A stretch of DNA of 64,000 bases from Candidatus Wirthbacteria bacterium. Its GTDB lineage: Bacteria; Patescibacteriota; CG2-30-54-11. Each line of letters starts with the position of its first letter. The stretch's first letter is position 1. The DNA is taken from assembly GCA_903889905.1 (NCBI GenBank), contig CAISZI010000028.1:4156-68155 (forward strand), given 5' to 3'. Below, in pieces: positions 19,296-29,514 of this stretch. The translations under genes and the position numbers were made by a program. Under the pieces are notes generated by a model, which was given only the letters and a program-made list of their open reading frames with translations, was not told the origin of the DNA and did not search any database.

Positions 19296-19736
19296 CTATT
19301 CAGCCGTTACAGTTTCCTGTGCCGTGGCTTCGGCAGCGACAACCGGTGCAACTTCGGCAACTTCATCCGAAGTTCCACTTTTTGTCATTTTTTTCAATTC
19401 ATCATCGCCTGCCATGTCGGCAAACACGTCAATATCGCCACCTTCACGGTCGCCAGTCTTGAGCATGATGAAACGCAGCACTTTTTCAATGCTTTTGAGA
19501 CGGGTTTCAAATTCGGCAGCTTTTTCTTCACCAATCAACACCTGCATGATGACATAATATCCATAGTCAAATCCGCCGATATCATAAGCAAGCTCTCTCA
19601 GACCCCAGGGGCGCACACGCAGTACGCGGCCTTCGAGCTTTTCCACCAGGGCACGGATTTCTTCGACTTTGGCTTCGTGCGTACCTTCTTTGATATCTCT
19701 CTGGGCCACAATAAACATGAGTTCGTATTCCCGCAT
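19296..19736 (-). CDS. rpsF: 30S ribosomal protein S6 with an acidic C-terminal tail
   Basis: The protein begins MREYELMFIVAQRDIKEGTHEAKVEEIRALVEKLEGRVLRVRPWGLRELAYDI. An AAGGA Shine-Dalgarno lies 4 nt upstream of the ATG at 19736. The ORF-track start at 19775 is an N-terminal over-extension. Confidence 0.88.
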   Translation of the reverse strand: MREYELMFIVAQRDIKEGTHEAKVEEIRALVEKLEGRVLRVRPWGLRELAYDIGGFDYGYYVIMQVLIGEEKAAEFETRLKSIEKVLRFIMLKTGDREGGDIDVFADMAGDDELKKMTKSGTSDEVAEVAPVVAAEATAQETVTAE

Positions 19737-20035
19737 CGATGCGTTCCTTAAATGAAAATGAATCAAACAGGCCAAATTATACTAACGAAAACCACTTTTG
19801 GTCAACAATACAATAAAAGTGAGGTGTGGGTGATGAGTCTGAAACTGGGTAAGTGCCAACTTTGGCACCTCTCATCCCCGCTGCTCACTGAGGTGAATTT
19901 TTGTCTGAAAGAACGAGAAATTATGGTTTGGCGGTGGTAAAAAAAACCATCTGTGTCGCCAGTCCTCCTTCGCTGCCGCAGCTTCGGAGGACACTATTGC
20001 TGTCAAACCAAGCCCAGAGGCTTGGGACAGCAATG

Positions 20036-20110
20036 TGGAGGCGACGAGCGGATTCGAACCGCTGCATGAAGGTTTTGCAGACCTCTCCCTTACCACTTGG
20101 GTACGTCGCC
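20036..20110 (-). tRNA. tRNA-Cys (anticodon GCA) with an encoded CCA 3' end
   Basis: The reverse complement reads GGCGACG-UA-CCCAAGUGGUAAGGG-AG-AGGUC/GAGGU CUGCAAA ACCUU-CAUG-AGCGG UUCGAAU CCGCU-CGUCGCC-U-CCA. It has a 7-bp acceptor stem, a TΨC loop TTCGAAT, a 7-nt anticodon loop CUGCAAA with U33 and A37, and a CCA end. Palindromic hairpins at about 19965-20030, downstream of its 3' end, may be a terminator. Confidence 0.85.
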
Positions 20111-20200
20111 AATATTAAGCTTGGAGCATAGAGCTTTGAGCTTGGAGACAAAACATTAGTAGCTTTTGAGATATTAACGGGAAATGCCCAAAACGTCAAT

Positions 20201-21349
<1,149 letters not shown>

Positions 21350-21640
21350 CTAAATCTCCTCATACAAATCCTTCCAATTCGTGTTTGTAGAAATAATCAT
21401 ATCAACTTTCTTTTCTCTTGAACCAGCCTTAATCTGCTTCTCTCTCATAATTGCCATTTCAACATCATCAAAAACCTCAAAATAAACCAAACGACTAACG
21501 TTATATCGGGAAGTAAAACTCGCCACGAGCTTTTCTCTGTGCTCGTAGACTCGACGCTTCAAATCATTGGTAACGCCGGTATTAATAACTGTACGAGCGG
21601 GGTTGGTCAAAAGATAAACATAATATTGACGGTCTTCCAT
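21350..21640 (-). CDS. GIY-YIG nuclease-superfamily small protein (YhbQ/UPF0213-like)
   Basis: MEDRQYYVYLLTNPARTVINTGVTNDLKRRVYEHREK carries the GIY...YIG-type motif (YVYLL...GVTNDLKRRVYEH). Confidence 0.7.
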   Translation of the reverse strand: MEDRQYYVYLLTNPARTVINTGVTNDLKRRVYEHREKLVASFTSRYNVSRLVYFEVFDDVEMAIMREKQIKAGSREKKVDMIISTNTNWKDLYEEI

Positions 21641-21663
21641 TATTGGACTCCAAAATCAAGAAA

Positions 21664-21702
21664 GAGAGATTGCCGCGCCCCGCTGACGGGACTCGCAATG
21701 AC
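21664..21702 (-). repeat. Dispersed short repeat, copy C (reverse orientation)
   Basis: gagagattgccgcgccccgctgacgggactcgcaatgac; the reverse complement is GTCATTGCGAG-TCCCGTCAGCGGGGC-GCGGCAATCTCTC, with an internal hairpin CCCG-tcag-CGGG. Confidence 0.8.
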
Positions 21703-21714
21703 AGACACGAATGC

Positions 21715-23022
21715 TCAAACAAAATCGATCATCTCCTTTTCCACTCCCCCATACAACTCATCAATCTGCTTCTGCACCTCAATCGTCCGCTCCAGTGCCG
21801 TCACCACGCGGCAATAATGCCTGATATCATTGGCACTCAGGCTGCGGCCTTTACGGTCTTTGAGCCATTTGTCGCAGACCTGGTAGCCACCGATCTGGTA
21901 CTGCCAAACCTCGGCCGGTACGCAGTCAAAGTGCTGCGTGGCATTGATCCAAACCTTGCCAGCTTCAAACCGTGGTTTCTCTACTTTCCCGTCGCCGGTT
22001 CCCTCGAACTTGGCAATCGGCACCTCCAACACTGGCGACTTGAGCAAGTGCAAATCCACCAGTTGCTGCCCCAACCCGCCCAGTTTCACAAACAGTTCAT
22101 AATCCCTGGTAAACGGCACCCGCGGGAAATCCCGTTTCAGGAAGTCGGCGTACTTCTCGCGGTAGACATTGGAATACAATACGGCGTAGATGTAGTTAAA
22201 AATTGCTTCTGGCGCCAAAGGTTCCGTCCCTCCGTCATTGCGAGGAGTCTCCGACGTGGCAATCTCTCCGAGCATCTTCTGCAAGGCAACTATCAGCCGT
22301 GGATTAATGTTTGCCGTTTTTTCCGTAATTTCAACATCAAACATTGTCTTTTTCTTGGCGCTTGGATCGGGATACAAATAAAGTGGAAACATGCATGACT
22401 GCGTGGTTCGTTCACCACATTTTGTTTCCATAATTGCATCTGTGCAGAAAAAATGATCCATTTGTTGAGATTTATTACTTCTGGCAGTAATCAACGCAAC
22501 ATTAGCTTGCTGCATATGTGCCATTACTCGTCTAACAGTTCTCCAAACAACTGCATCGTGATAAAAAATATATCTATGATCAAAAGGTCGATACGATATT
22601 GACACAATGTTTTCATCGAGATTGATATTATCTAACTTCGCCAAAATCCGGTGTGCAACATCTATATCCCATCCAGTTTTTATATTAACTTGAAAGAAAG
22701 TATATAAATCATTACCAGAATAAATGCTAACTGAAAAACGTCGCATCCGGTTCACTAACTCCGTCTTGCTCATATCAATAACAAAATCATCATGTGCCGT
22801 CGTTATTCCCACCCCATTCACCGGAAACACATCCGTCACCTTCCAGAACCGCTCATAGTGTGCCAGAAGTTCCGTATTCTGCGGCACCAGCAAATACGAC
22901 TCACTCTGCGGATGAAGTTCCTGCCAGTCGGTGGTGCTCACATCGTGATGGTCGAGGTAGTCGTATTTCTGCTCCCGCAGTCCCCACACATCAGAGTAGA
23001 AGACTTTGGCCTGGTTTGACAT
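21715..23022 (-). CDS. C-terminal target-recognition-domain-like portion of an MmeI-like Type IIG RM enzyme, as a separate ORF. It contains an in-frame copy of the dispersed repeat.
   Basis: The N-terminus MSNQAKVFYSDVWGLREQKYDYLDHHDVSTTDWQELHPQSESYLLVPQ resembles the region following the methyltransferase domain in Type IIG/ISP/PglX-like enzymes. The ORF is separated from the upstream methyltransferase ORF by ~300 nt containing in-frame stops (a TAA at 23107-23109). Repeat copy B at 22234-22269 encodes EIATSETPRND within the ORF. Confidence 0.55.
   Translation of the reverse strand: MSNQAKVFYSDVWGLREQKYDYLDHHDVSTTDWQELHPQSESYLLVPQNTELLAHYERFWKVTDVFPVNGVGITTAHDDFVIDMSKTELVNRMRRFSVSIYSGNDLYTFFQVNIKTGWDIDVAHRILAKLDNINLDENIVSISYRPFDHRYIFYHDAVVWRTVRRVMAHMQQANVALITARSNKSQQMDHFFCTDAIMETKCGERTTQSCMFPLYLYPDPSAKKKTMFDVEITEKTANINPRLIVALQKMLGEIATSETPRNDGGTEPLAPEAIFNYIYAVLYSNVYREKYADFLKRDFPRVPFTRDYELFVKLGGLGQQLVDLHLLKSPVLEVPIAKFEGTGDGKVEKPRFEAGKVWINATQHFDCVPAEVWQYQIGGYQVCDKWLKDRKGRSLSANDIRHYCRVVTALERTIEVQKQIDELYGGVEKEMIDFV
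22234..22269 (+). repeat. Dispersed short repeat, copy B, located inside a CDS and in frame
   Basis: GTCATTGCGAG-GAGTCTCCGAC-GTGGCAATCTCTC, nearly identical to copy A. On the minus strand it translates as G-EIATSETPRND-G inside ORF 21715-23022 with no stop codon. Confidence 0.8.
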
Positions 23023-23320
23023 GGTTTGATTGCCTTGGTAAAATTGAAGCAGAAGTCCTCTGTAATGATATTCGGCGTCGAGCCGTGCTTCGCGCAAGCG
23101 AACTAGTTACAGAGGGCTTACTGTATTCAGATCAAATTTATGCTTGGAATTGTAATAATTTTTCCCATCGGCATAGTTAGATTTAGGCGCGTTTGACACT
23201 CTAAAGATTACCTTGATAAGATACTATCACAAAGATCCATTTTCCGAACTGTCACCGTAAGGTGGCGTGCCTGGGAGACACCAGGAGTAGGAAATGGATC
23301 GTTTTTTATACAGATGACAA

Positions 23321-25165
23321 TCATTTCTTCTCCCCCATCTTCACAAACAACGCGATCGCCACGCCGGCCTGGATGTCGAAGACGTTTTCGTCTTTGGAGC
23401 CGTCCGGGCATTTTTCTTTCTTGAGACTGTTGCCGTGCAGGTTGAGAATGTAGAGCTCGTCAAAACTCGTCATCAAGGACTGGCGCATACCGCGGAAGGT
23501 AGGGTTGTCTAGGTAGCTGTGGTTGGTAATAAAGCCAAGGATGCCTTCCCCGGCTTGGTCAATCTTCCACTGCGCGAAGCGGATGAATTTGACGTAGTCG
23601 TCCTGCAGCCACTTGGGATTGCGTTCGTTGAGTGAATGCCCATCAACCTGAAAATATTCCCGGATTTCCTTGGCAATCCACTCGCCATTGTTGTCGGAAT
23701 GACCGGAATACGGCGGATTGCCCATCACGACCATGATCGGGATTTCGCGCTTCACTTTGCCGGCAAGCTCGGACTCATGCGACAGTGACGTGAGGCCAGG
23801 TAAGGCAGATTGCTCGAGATCTTTCCATTCCAGCGTATTGGTGAGGTAAAGCTGGAACCGTTCATCATCCTTGAGCCGGTAGCCAAGTTCATCAAAGGTA
23901 ATCCCCGCCTTGAGATGCCCCACCGCATACGGCGCCATCATCAGTTCAAAGGCGAAGAAGTGCTTCAGGATGTGGTCATGAATCAAACTCGAAACCCCAC
24001 CGCTTCCATACTTGTTCTTGTATTCCTCTACCGCAAGGCGGATGGCGGCAACCGGAAAAGTAATGGTTCCGGCTGCTGGGTCTAGCACCGTCACAGTGTC
24101 GGAAGCAAACCCGTCAGCGCGGCCAAACCGGGTTTTGAGCAGGTGATGGATGGAACGCGTAATGTATGAAACAACCGGTTCCGGCGTGTAATAAACGCCA
24201 CGTTTTTCCCGTTCTTTGGGGTCGTATTCTGACAAAAACGTTTCGTAGAAATGAATAACCGGGTCGCGGCCTTTGCCTTCCTGATAGAAATTGTTGATGA
24301 TTTTATTGACGTCGCAATTGGCCAGTACTTCGGCGATATCATCGATGATCCATTCCATGTTGGGCGGCAAATCACCCAGTGAAATAAACTTGAACACGTC
24401 GCGCAAAATGCCGATGGTGTGCGGAATAAACTGGTAAGCCAGTGGACGGTTGAATTCCTTGTTTGCCCGGGTGCGCGCGGCAAACAATCCGTAAGTGATC
24501 GTCTGGGCAAACAAATTGGCAAAATCCTGTACCGTGAGTGTTGACAACAAGTGTTGCTTGAAGGCTTCCAAAAATGCTTCCAGAGTCTGCGTGCCCTCAA
24601 TTTTCTCTTCTTTCATTTCCTCGGCAATCACATTGTCGCGCAAAAACCGCGTGCGTTTGGCCAATTCGGTGGCGAGCTGTTTGGCGGTGAAGGTGCGGGG
24701 AATCGAAAAGGAAAAAAACTGGTCCAGTAGCTGACCAAATTCAGTTTCATTTTCCACCGGCGGCACAGCTTTGAGCTGTTGCAGGACAAACGGCCGGCCG
24801 ACCTCGGTTTTGGCAATCAACACGCCATTGCGGTACAGACGGAATTCCAGAAAATTGGTCAAGATCAAATTGGGAAAAGTCTGCCGATAACGCTTGAGTT
24901 GCTCGGATTCGGCAATCTCATCCAAATTCCCAACCGTCGGCGCCTTGGCTTCGATGTAACCGACGATTTTACTTTTGCCGTCCCAAATACGGAAATCGGG
25001 ATTGCCACCTTCGGTCTTGCGTGGCAACGTGATGACATCAAACTGCTTGTTCTGGTTTTGAATCCATAGCTTGAGCAGTTGTTTGAGGTCAGAATAAAAA
25101 CTCTCCTCCCGTGCGTCACCGTGCAGGCTGGTGGTATGAAGGGATTTGAGATAGTCAAAAAGCAT
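23321..25165 (-). CDS. MmeI-like Type IIG restriction-modification enzyme, N-terminal part: PD-ExK nuclease domain plus gamma-class N6-adenine methyltransferase (NPPY)
   Basis: The N-terminal PD-(D/E)xK-like motif is GNPDFRIWDG...IVGYIEAKAP. Methyltransferase motif I is VLDPAAGTITF and motif IV is MVVMGNPPYSGHS. The downstream region LGFITNHSYLDNPTFRGMRQSL...NVFDIQAGVAIALF is typical of Type IIG/ISP gamma-methyltransferases. Confidence 0.7.
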   Translation of the reverse strand: MLFDYLKSLHTTSLHGDAREESFYSDLKQLLKLWIQNQNKQFDVITLPRKTEGGNPDFRIWDGKSKIVGYIEAKAPTVGNLDEIAESEQLKRYRQTFPNLILTNFLEFRLYRNGVLIAKTEVGRPFVLQQLKAVPPVENETEFGQLLDQFFSFSIPRTFTAKQLATELAKRTRFLRDNVIAEEMKEEKIEGTQTLEAFLEAFKQHLLSTLTVQDFANLFAQTITYGLFAARTRANKEFNRPLAYQFIPHTIGILRDVFKFISLGDLPPNMEWIIDDIAEVLANCDVNKIINNFYQEGKGRDPVIHFYETFLSEYDPKEREKRGVYYTPEPVVSYITRSIHHLLKTRFGRADGFASDTVTVLDPAAGTITFPVAAIRLAVEEYKNKYGSGGVSSLIHDHILKHFFAFELMMAPYAVGHLKAGITFDELGYRLKDDERFQLYLTNTLEWKDLEQSALPGLTSLSHESELAGKVKREIPIMVVMGNPPYSGHSDNNGEWIAKEIREYFQVDGHSLNERNPKWLQDDYVKFIRFAQWKIDQAGEGILGFITNHSYLDNPTFRGMRQSLMTSFDELYILNLHGNSLKKEKCPDGSKDENVFDIQAGVAIALFVKMGEKK

Positions 25166-25184
25166 TTAAGACCTTATGAAGAAA

Positions 25185-25221
25185 GAGAGATTGCCGCGGT
25201 CGAGGACTCACTCGCAATGAC
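25185..25221 (-). repeat. Dispersed short repeat, copy D (reverse orientation)
   Basis: gagagattgccgcggtcgaggactcactcgcaatgac; the reverse complement is GTCATTGCGAG-TGAGTCCTCGAC-CGCGGCAATCTCTC. It lies between the RM gene start and the ruvB stop. Confidence 0.8.
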
Positions 25222-25241
25222 AGCCACAACCAATTTCCACT

Positions 25242-26264
25242 TTATATAAACTTCGTCTGCTCTTCCTGTGGCATCTCCAACCCCAGATGCTCCAGCGCCC
25301 GTCGTGTAATTTTGCGTCCACGCGGCGTGCGCTCCAAAAATCCGATTTGCATCAGATAAGGTTCATAAACATCTTCGAGTGTATCGGCTTCCTGGGCCGT
25401 GCTGGCTGCAAGTGTCTCAATCCCAACCGGTCCACCCGCGTATTTCTCAACAATGGCGAGGAGAAGCTTGCGATCAATTTCATCGAGTCCGAGCTCATCT
25501 ACTTGTAAATCAGCGAGCGCGCGTTCGGCAATAGCCAGCGTCACATTGCCGTCATGTTCCACCTGGGCAAAGTCGCGCACACGTTTCAGCAGGCGGTTGG
25601 CGATACGCGCTGTACCGCGGGCACGTTTACCGATTTCAGCAGCGGCTTCAGCCTCTACTTCCACATTCAAAATACGTGCTGATCGCTTCACGATCTGGGC
25701 ACATTCGGCCGGTGAGTAAAAATCCAGATGGTACGTTACGCCAAACCGGTCCCTTAGCGGCGAGCTCAGCAGTGACATGCGTGTCGTGGCACCAATGATC
25801 GTGAATTTGGCGAGGTCAATACGGAAGGTTCGTGCTGCCGGGCCTTTGCCTGTGACAATGTCCAAACGGTAATCTTCCATCGCCGGGTACAAGTATTCTT
25901 CCACCATTTTGTTGAGCCGGTGAATTTCATCGATAAACAGCACGTCGCCTTCATTCAAGTTGGTCAAAATCGCCGCCAGATCGCCGGCACGCTCAATCGC
26001 CGGACCGGTGGTGGTTTTGATCGCCACGCCCATTTCGTTGGCAATAATGTTGGCGAGCGTGGTTTTGCCCAGGCCGGGAGGACCATACAACAAAACATGC
26101 TCGAGCACATCGCTGCGTTTGCGGGCAGCACCCATAAAAATGCGCAGGTTTTTCTTGACCTGCTGCTGGCCAATGTATTCTTCCAGACTGCGTGGCCGAA
26201 GGGTTTGTTCAAAAACCTCTTCCCCACTGTCATCCACATGCGCTTCCACAACCCTGTCCGTCAT
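25242..26264 (-). CDS. ruvB: Holliday junction branch-migration ATPase RuvB
   Basis: The Walker A motif is [22 protein letters not shown], with overall RuvB similarity throughout. Confidence 0.92.
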   Translation of the reverse strand: MTDRVVEAHVDDSGEEVFEQTLRPRSLEEYIGQQQVKKNLRIFMGAARKRSDVLEHVLLYGPPGLGKTTLANIIANEMGVAIKTTTGPAIERAGDLAAILTNLNEGDVLFIDEIHRLNKMVEEYLYPAMEDYRLDIVTGKGPAARTFRIDLAKFTIIGATTRMSLLSSPLRDRFGVTYHLDFYSPAECAQIVKRSARILNVEVEAEAAAEIGKRARGTARIANRLLKRVRDFAQVEHDGNVTLAIAERALADLQVDELGLDEIDRKLLLAIVEKYAGGPVGIETLAASTAQEADTLEDVYEPYLMQIGFLERTPRGRKITRRALEHLGLEMPQEEQTKFI

Positions 26265-26273
26265 TCGTTCTCC

Positions 26274-26855
26274 TTAGTCAAACTTGGTCTGGCCAATCAT
26301 TCTGAGCGCCTGCCGGATTTGTTCGGATGCGGGCAATGTCGCGTCAATCCGCAGCAAAACTTCACGAATCTGGGTATTCTGGTAACCCAGGCTGAGCAGC
26401 GCTTCATTCACTTCGGCCGCAACACTACCACTCACACTGGCCATCCCACCTGCACTCCAATCGTATTTGCCCTGCAGCTCCAGCACCACTTTTCCGGCAG
26501 TTTTTTTGCCAATGCCTTTGGCGGTACTTAAATACGAAGCATTTGCTCCCCCAATCGCGCCACGTAAATCATCCAGTGGACCCAGGTCCAGAATCGACAG
26601 TGCGCTTTTGGGGCCAACGCCACTCACGGTTAGCAAACGTTCAAACAATTCGACTTCATCGGCCGTGGGAAAACCATAGAGGGCAATCAAATTTTCACGC
26701 ACCACCATATGCGTGTACATCACGATTTCGGTTGATGACGACAACTCCAAACCCCGTCGACTGGTAAACACCTGATAGCCAACACCGGCTTTGGTTTCCA
26801 CCAAGGCCCAGGTCATTCCCCGCTCGACAATCATACCGCGAACTGTTCTGATCAC
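26274..26855 (-). CDS. ruvA: Holliday junction DNA helicase subunit RuvA
   Basis: MIRTVRGMIVERGMTWALVETKAGVGYQVF matches the OB-fold N-terminus, and HhH motifs follow. Confidence 0.88.
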   Translation of the reverse strand: MIRTVRGMIVERGMTWALVETKAGVGYQVFTSRRGLELSSSTEIVMYTHMVVRENLIALYGFPTADEVELFERLLTVSGVGPKSALSILDLGPLDDLRGAIGGANASYLSTAKGIGKKTAGKVVLELQGKYDWSAGGMASVSGSVAAEVNEALLSLGYQNTQIREVLLRIDATLPASEQIRQALRMIGQTKFD

Positions 26856-26867
26856 TTGTATCCCTCT

Positions 26868-27371
26868 TTAACGGAGCAACCGATTAATTTTCGATGAATT
26901 ACTGTGACAAACCGCCGCCGCCAGTGCATCAGCGGCATGGTCACTGGCGGGAATTTCCTTGAGCCCCAGCACCATTTTGACCATGCGCTGCACCTGCTGC
27001 TTATCCGCCCGGCCATAGCATGCAATAGAGAGTTTGATTTGTAAAGGCGTGTACTCGGCAAAATCCAGCCCCAGTTTCGCCGCAAGCAACGTGGCAATAC
27101 CGCAGACTTCCCCCACGCCATAAACCGATTTCATATTGTTTACGGCAAACAGTTGTTCCAGGGCCAAACTGGTGGCTCCGGCGTCGCGCGCCACTGTTTC
27201 CAGCTGGTTGTAGATAAGGTCAAGACGTTCAACTTTGGGCATCTCGGCAGCGGTTTTGATCACCCCCCACACGCTGGCCGAAAGTTTCCCCTTGGCATCC
27301 ACAGACACGATCCCGTAACCACAATTGGCCAACCCGGGATCCACACCCAAAACAACTTTGCTCGCTGTCAT
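26868..27371 (-). CDS. ruvC: Crossover junction endodeoxyribonuclease RuvC
   Basis: VLGVDPGLANCGYGIV is the RuvC N-terminal catalytic Asp motif. The start overlaps the stop of the upstream binding-protein gene. Confidence 0.9.
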   Translation of the reverse strand: MTASKVVLGVDPGLANCGYGIVSVDAKGKLSASVWGVIKTAAEMPKVERLDLIYNQLETVARDAGATSLALEQLFAVNNMKSVYGVGEVCGIATLLAAKLGLDFAEYTPLQIKLSIACYGRADKQQVQRMVKMVLGLKEIPASDHAADALAAAVCHSNSSKINRLLR

Positions 27372-29083
27372 TACAAGTCCTCATCGTGGTTGACAGTGAC
27401 CGGTTTTGCGGCAGCTTTGGTCGTCAGTTTGACCCGTTTGGTGTCCATATACCAGGCGCTCAGATCGCCAAAGCGGTCCTGGGAGTTGATCATGATGGGC
27501 AATGTCACGTTATGAATAGCACTGCTTACAACATAGGTATACCAGGGCGAATACAAAAAGGCAGCTGGCGCATCATCCCGAATCGCCTGTTGCAGCTCGG
27601 CGTATTTGTCCTGTCGCTTTTGCTGATCCGTGAGCTTGCGTGCATCTTCGAGCAGCTTGTCAACTTTGGTGTCATTCAGCAGCGAAATATTCAGGCCAGG
27701 GTCGTTGATCTGGCTCGAATGCCAGTAGGCATAGATGTCTGGGTCCCACGATAAGTTCTGGCCAAAAAGCACCGCATCATAATCCCGTTTGCGCAGGTAA
27801 GTATCGATAAAAACGCCGAGCAAAAACGATTTGGTGTTGGCTTGAACGCCAATTGCCGTCCACATGGTGGTCACATCCTTGGCGGTCTGGTAACGGTCAG
27901 CCTGGTCATCGGTCAGAATCGTGACTGCAAGTTTGACGTTGTTTTTTTCTAAAATGCCATCACCATCCGTGTCTTTCCAACCGTCATCGGCCAGAATTTG
28001 TCTGGCTTTGGCGACATCATAAGTTATGGCGTCTTTGGGAGGCGTATATGCCCAGGATGAGGACACGAGCGGGCCATCCACGGCATCACCGCGGCCACCC
28101 AAGACGTCCTTGATCAATTGCTTCCGATCAATTGCCAGACTAAGTGCCTGTCGGACTTTGACATCCTGCAAATAGGTCTTGTCACTTTTGGTATTAAAAA
28201 AAACCGCCTGATACTGTGGCAGCGTCGCATGCAGGATCTGGGCATTGTGCAGATCTTCAACCTGTTTGAAGGACGAAGATGGAACCTGCTGCATGCCCAA
28301 CACTTTGTGGCTGCGAAAATCAGACAGCATGTCATCAAAGTTGGAATAAAACCGCAACGTCAGCGTCCGGATATAAGGCGGCTTACCATAAAAATCTGAG
28401 AAATAGGGCAATGCGGCCGACACAGCCTGATCCCCCAATGATTTGACTTGTCCCAAACGGTAAGCGCCGGTACCAATCGGATTTTTATTGAAATCATTTT
28501 TGAGCAAATCCGCAATATTGACTTTGCTCAACAAGTGCTGTGGAACAATACCAATTGAGGTGTTTTCCAAAAAGGCGGCATAGGGGCCACTTAGTTTGAA
28601 TTGCACGGTGTAATCATCGGGAGCCTGCACGTCCACACCCAGCCAGTTGCCACGAATATTTAAGGGGCCTGGGTAGTTGGGGTCCTGAATGGTTTTGATC
28701 GTAAAAACGACGTCCTGGGCTGTGAAGGGCTGGCCGTCATGCCATTTGACATCGTGACGGAGGGCAAACGTATACGTCAGATTGTCTGCACTGATATCCC
28801 AATGCAGTGCCAGGTCTCCCACAATCTGGTTGTTGGCACCAATCTTAGTCAATCCCGAAAAAACCAGGGAACAAATATCCCGGTCAACATCAGAAATAGC
28901 AGTCAGCGGATTGAGGCTAACCGGTGCCCCCACCACACCCTCGACATATTCACCGCCGACATTGGGAACCACCGTGGTATTGGAGTAATATCGGTCCAAA
29001 GCCAAATACCCAATCAGAATGCAAACATTCACCACGAGGCCAATGAGCAGGATAACCCGGCCGCGGGTAAAGAGAAGTCGCAT
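27371..29083 (-). CDS. ABC transporter substrate-binding protein, family 5 (OppA/DppA/NikA-like), with an N-terminal TM anchor
   Basis: The N-terminal hydrophobic helix is VILLIGLVVNVCILIGYLAL. The following region PVSLNPLTAISDVDRDICSLVFSGLTK...KWHDGQPFTAQDVVFT is typical of SBP_bac_5. No permease or ATPase genes are adjacent. Confidence 0.8.
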   Translation of the reverse strand: MRLLFTRGRVILLIGLVVNVCILIGYLALDRYYSNTTVVPNVGGEYVEGVVGAPVSLNPLTAISDVDRDICSLVFSGLTKIGANNQIVGDLALHWDISADNLTYTFALRHDVKWHDGQPFTAQDVVFTIKTIQDPNYPGPLNIRGNWLGVDVQAPDDYTVQFKLSGPYAAFLENTSIGIVPQHLLSKVNIADLLKNDFNKNPIGTGAYRLGQVKSLGDQAVSAALPYFSDFYGKPPYIRTLTLRFYSNFDDMLSDFRSHKVLGMQQVPSSSFKQVEDLHNAQILHATLPQYQAVFFNTKSDKTYLQDVKVRQALSLAIDRKQLIKDVLGGRGDAVDGPLVSSSWAYTPPKDAITYDVAKARQILADDGWKDTDGDGILEKNNVKLAVTILTDDQADRYQTAKDVTTMWTAIGVQANTKSFLLGVFIDTYLRKRDYDAVLFGQNLSWDPDIYAYWHSSQINDPGLNISLLNDTKVDKLLEDARKLTDQQKRQDKYAELQQAIRDDAPAAFLYSPWYTYVVSSAIHNVTLPIMINSQDRFGDLSAWYMDTKRVKLTTKAAAKPVTVNHDEDL

Positions 29084-29108
29084 CAGGTTCGCCCCACTTT
29101 AAAAAAAC

Positions 29109-29342
29109 CTACTTCGCGTACAGTGACAAAAATGAACTGAGCAAAAATACCCCGCTGAAGACAATCGTCAGATTGAAGACAATTTTTTCCACGCCGCGTT
29201 TGCTGCGATAGACACCACCATCCCCGCCATAGAATGACGGCATGGCAGAACCCTTGGCCTGCATCATCACCAATACGATCATGACCACAGCCGACACGGC
29301 CTGCAAACCAAAAATAAATCCCTGGGAAAGCACAAAGTTCAT
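29109..29342 (-). CDS. secG: Preprotein translocase subunit SecG
   Basis: MNFVLSQGFIFGLQAVSAVVMIVLVMMQAKGSAMPSFYGGDGG has the SecG TM1 plus Gly-rich loop pattern. Confidence 0.8.
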   Translation of the reverse strand: MNFVLSQGFIFGLQAVSAVVMIVLVMMQAKGSAMPSFYGGDGGVYRSKRGVEKIVFNLTIVFSGVFLLSSFLSLYAK

Positions 29343-29473
29343 AGGATTAACCTGCTAAGATTTGAACGGCGACAGTATAACACAAATTTCATTTTTCGAA
29401 ATTCCCTTGTTCTATCATTGCAAGCCTTGCGCGGCCCAAGTCCGGCAGAACTGGGCAATCTAGCTTCTGAAAC

Positions 29474-29508
29474 GAAAGATTGCCACGTCGAAGACTCCTC
29501 GCAATGAC
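29474..29508 (-). repeat. Dispersed short repeat, copy E (reverse orientation)
   Basis: gaaagattgccacgtcgaagactcctcgcaatgac; the reverse complement is GTCATTGCGAG-GAGTCTTCGAC-GTGGCAATCTTTC. It lies between the tpiA stop and the secG start. Confidence 0.8.
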
Positions 29509-29514
29509 AGAAAA

